Of a stretch of DNA of 64,000 bases, positions 60,370 to 64,000 are shown one piece after another. This DNA is from Basidiobolus meristosporus CBS 931.73. Lineage: Eukaryota; Fungi; Basidiobolomycota. How positions within the stretch are numbered: position 1 is the first letter of the stretch; every line of letters begins with the position of its first letter. The position numbers were made by a program, and so were the translations under genes. The notes beneath the pieces were generated by a model. It saw only the letters and a list, made by a program, of their open reading frames with translations. It ran no database searches and had not been told where the DNA came from. The stretch covers positions 1 to 64,000 of the forward strand of contig MCFE01000176.1 in NCBI GenBank assembly GCA_002104905.1, given 5' to 3'.

Positions 60370-62850
60370 AATGAGCCTTTCAAGATACTGGAGATTTTTG
60401 AAAGAATTATCAAGATATTACAGAGTATCTGCTACCCTAAGTATTTCTCACAGGCTCCTATTAATATTCATATGCATATGCAACAATACAAATGCAAAGA
60501 CTGGATGAACTGGATATATATTTATTCAAGTGGTGCTCTGAAACCATTTGAACCAAGAGTACATTGGAAGTATTGGGAGTCATATGTGGACATTGTAGGA
60601 ATATTTATCCAGAAGTGGATCCCCAATGCCAACTTGACACATCTACAGCTGTTGTATGAGGAGTTGTAGTAATGGAAAGTATTCCATTACTACAATATCT
60701 CTAAACCAATGTTGCACTCATTTCTTTATTTTGCTTTTTGCTATCATAACACACAAGTGAAAGATCAAGAATTTCCAACTTTGAAGGACACATGCTTCAG
60801 ACCCAGACAAGCAATCCACTCAAGAATATTATGCCATACAGAACACGTAGTAGCCAACACATGTTTCAAATTGCAGCTCATTTGAAGCAGTACTTAAGGA
60901 GTGATGACCAAAAGAGTCCAACTATTATATATACTATGCCTGGTTGCTAGGATTACTAGGATGACTTTGATTGCATGTAGCTTTCAAACCCGCCAATCAA
61001 ATCACATGAAACTCTCACAGATACTGCGTCTATGTCCAATCTGCACCACTGCAAAATTTGAGCTTTGTATTGTGTATAGCTTGTGCTATTGCCCAAAAAC
61101 TTTGATCCTTCAGAATTTACATATATATGACTTCCTCAGCTGAAACATAAAGAGTGAGCCTCTCTTTCCAGAGTCTCCACACTACAATTACAAGTTTAAA
61201 GGTTACAAGACTTCCCCTGCATCACTTGCACTGTTGAGTATTCTGACTTTGATTGGTACTACATCAGTAAAGAGACTGCAAGGCTCACAAGAATCCAATC
61301 AAAGTTCTACAAGAAACTACCACTTTTCTGTTGGAAAAGTCCCCTCTAAGAGACCCCTTTACTCTACAGGAACCCCTTTAGAGACCCCTTTTAGAAATCC
61401 CTTTACTCTAAACAAGCCCCTTTAGGCACCTGTTTAATGTAAAGTCCACTTTAGAGACCATTACAAGAAGCCCCTTTACTCTAAAGACACCCCTTTAGAC
61501 ACCCCTTTAGAGACCTCTACAACACACCCCTTGAGGTTATAGGGGAGCTCAGAATTTCTATATCAGAGAATATTTTCTCAGAAAGCAAAGTGACTTCCAA
61601 ATAAAGAAAGGTTACTGTAAAAGTTAATAAGCCCATTGGTTGACAGAAGGTCAGAGCACTGCTGTAGAAGTGATAAATACTGCCTACAGTATATTTTGAG
61701 CCTAAGATTGAGGAAATTAGTGAAAGTTATATCTTCTATTGGTACATCAAACTCCCGATCAACTATTTCAGTATTAGTATACTGGAAGCTGTTGTATATT
61801 GGTGATTAGCCTCTACAGTGTAGAACAAGCCCCAAACTAATCATAATACAACACAATAGAGTTTGTGATGGGATTTGAGTGGCTATACTATAAACATAAA
61901 GCTGAACATGTAGATCTCTGCCACTACTGTATCCATTCCCTACTCCATCTTGCACAGTGTGTGGAGAATATTGGGCCTTGCTTCACCTTTTGGGAGCTTC
62001 CTATGGAGCAGATGTGTGGGGAGATAGGAAGACAATTCAAGTTGCAGGTACTACCATATCCCACACTTGTTAAAAATATTACACTCAAGTCTCTCATCAA
62101 TGTGATGAGTTAGGACTTGGAGGACAGCCAGACAGAGTTGGAAAATACTGAGGACAAATGTGCACATGGAGACACCTATGCCTATGGCATTAAGAAGCTA
62201 AGCAGCCCCAATGCATGGGTAATTAGCTAAGTAATGCAAAGTTGGGTTGGGTGCAACAAGCAACTAATTTTTATCAGGAAAACTCTACCAAGATATGCCA
62301 GATTTCTCATGGTCACAAGCCAACTTCTACACTATTCAATATGGAATTCATACAAACAAAAGCCAGAGCACACCTAAAAGAGGGACTAGAATACAACAGG
62401 GAGAAGGAATATATTGGCTAAATACCAAGAAGCTCTTTGCAGACATTTGGGAGGTATTTATGGTAGAAGTGGCAATAACCAAGCATATGTTTGCAAGATG
62501 TATATGTTGCCAGCAGTACAAGGTATATGGTGACTTTGCAAGTATCACACTAATAAACCGTAAAGTTGAGGTGATAGAAGTATGTCAATTGTGGCAGGTT
62601 TGCATGTTTGTAGAGGTTAGTAAGCAAGAAGCCATAGTTTTTTTTTTGATTCAAACTATATGTGAAATACCCAAGGTAGTAGTGGGTAAGCAAATAAAGA
62701 AAGGTGATTTTACAGTGGAATATATAAATTGCACAAGGGGAGGTAAAAACGGAAATACCATTAGGTTAATTGGTACAGTAGCATTATACAGAACCAGCAG
62801 TAGGCTGTCACACTGCCAATATAATGCCATCAGAGTCTTGCTGTGAGGCC
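60370..62850 (+). mobile_element. CACTA/EnSpm (Tnp2-like) transposase pseudogene split by Y copy C
   Basis: YKCKDWMNWIYIYS...YEE/FVMGFEWLYY...CIHSLLHLAQCVENIGP...WELPMEQMCG; reading frame is restored across the GAGT TSD. Confidence 0.8.
60665..61858 (+). mobile_element. Family Y solo-LTR-like element, copy C (1194 bp)
   Basis: Perfect 4-bp TSD GAGT; terminal 13-bp hairpin. Confidence 0.9.
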
Positions 62851-62949
62851 ATCAAAATACTGTCAAGTTTCTTGCCCTATAAGGCAATTATGTCCTGGTC
62901 AAGTGGATCCACTTAAAATAGTTATAGAGTACTGAAAGACCACGGCTCT

Positions 62950-64000
62950 TAACTAAGGGCACTGCATTTGCAACATTCTCATCTGCCTGAGGTTTATGGT
63001 TGGCTTGGGGATCTGCAGAGGTTCTCATTTACTCACTTGACTCAGAGCCTGAGGGGTCTGCATAATATTACCTTTGGTTGGTGCACTGTCAACACGGCCT
63101 TTTTTAGATGCAACCCTACTTGATGCACTCAATGTCAGAGCAAGCTGTTGTCCAACTGTTCATCTGCTGCTGTCAACAATGGGGTTTGATTGGGAACCAG
63201 ACAAATTGACTTTATTATTTGTTAATATATATAGATTTGGGAATGAGTAAAATCAATGGGGAGATAGAGATACATATACATGTGTATGGAGTGCCACAGC
63301 TATATTTGAGTTGCTAACTATGGTAGGTCATCATTGAATCTGATATTTATGTAAGTGCAATGCCTCAAATACAAGACTGCTTAAATTTAAAAGAGCATTG
63401 ACAAAAAAGTGATAATACAACATTACATTGTTGAGTGTCCAAAGAGTATTAACAGAAAAGTGATATAATAGAGCAAAGTTGCTGAGTGTAAGACTGTTTG
63501 CCCCATAGAGAAAACCACTTTGCTTCAATGCTGTAAGTGAAGAGGAAAAAGTCAAAGTGGCTACTGTAACAAGCCTCTTAACAATGTAGTGCACAGACAG
63601 CATGGGAAGCATCACAAAGATCATAGATAATGTTTTGCCACCCTAATCATATTTTACCATTCATCAGTCAATACTGTACCAACAATAACTTGCTGGCTAT
63701 GTGATACTTTTATAATAGCACCTAGCCATACTTGATACCTTGTGCAGACCAAGTCAGGTGAGTTTGCAACACCATTAGGCTCACCTCAGCCTTCTGGATA
63801 TAGCATGCAGAGTGATGGCCCTGAGGAAGAAGGCTCACAAATGGATTGTGAGCCTATCTCCCTTGACATCAGCACCCTCCATGAGCCCAGCAAAGTCCCA
63901 AGATTCAATGAGACAGCACCCATGGAAAAAATGCCAAGGATACTCCATGGAGCCAAGTGAGCCTAGTAGTCCATTTATTGGTGATTGATGTAAGGTTTTG
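62950..64000 (-). mobile_element. Further CACTA-like element sequence (accessory ORF 5' part and upstream region)
   Basis: Homologous to 57100-57570 and 58680-58900. Confidence 0.55.

Overview
Eukaryotic, intron-rich fungal DNA. DAD4 and an RLM1-type MEF2 point to Fungi; an early-diverging lineage is inferred, not shown. The window has three zones. (1) 1-10 kb: an orphan ORF, a fungal-type NRPS pseudogene eroded by many internal deletions, and an apparently intact multi-exon ABCG half-transporter with a Cys-rich N-terminus. (2) 10.2-23.6 kb: a GC/CpG-rich island of eight tightly packed genes (COX6A/COX13, MEF2/RLM1-like MADS factor, RAD52, PQ-loop protein, U2AF large subunit, rhodanese-methyltransferase fusion, DAD4, BDP1). 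(3) 23.8-64 kb: an almost CpG-free, deeply nested transposon cluster that can be dissected by target-site duplications (TSDs). It holds remnants of a CACTA/EnSpm-like DNA transposon, a chromovirus-type Ty3/gypsy element with a probable Tf1-like self-priming PBS, a Ty1/copia family primed at the tRNA-iMet anticodon arm, two families of ~1.0-1.2 kb solo-LTR-like elements with 4-bp TSDs, a PHIS/Harbinger-like two-ORF transposon and its ~720-bp near-palindromic foldback MITE. I found no clearly new molecular system. The best leads are the PHIS/foldback pair, the 4-bp-TSD elements with terminal hairpins, the self-priming chromovirus, the deletion-eroded NRPS and the rhodanese-MTase fusion. All coordinates and alignments were read by eye.
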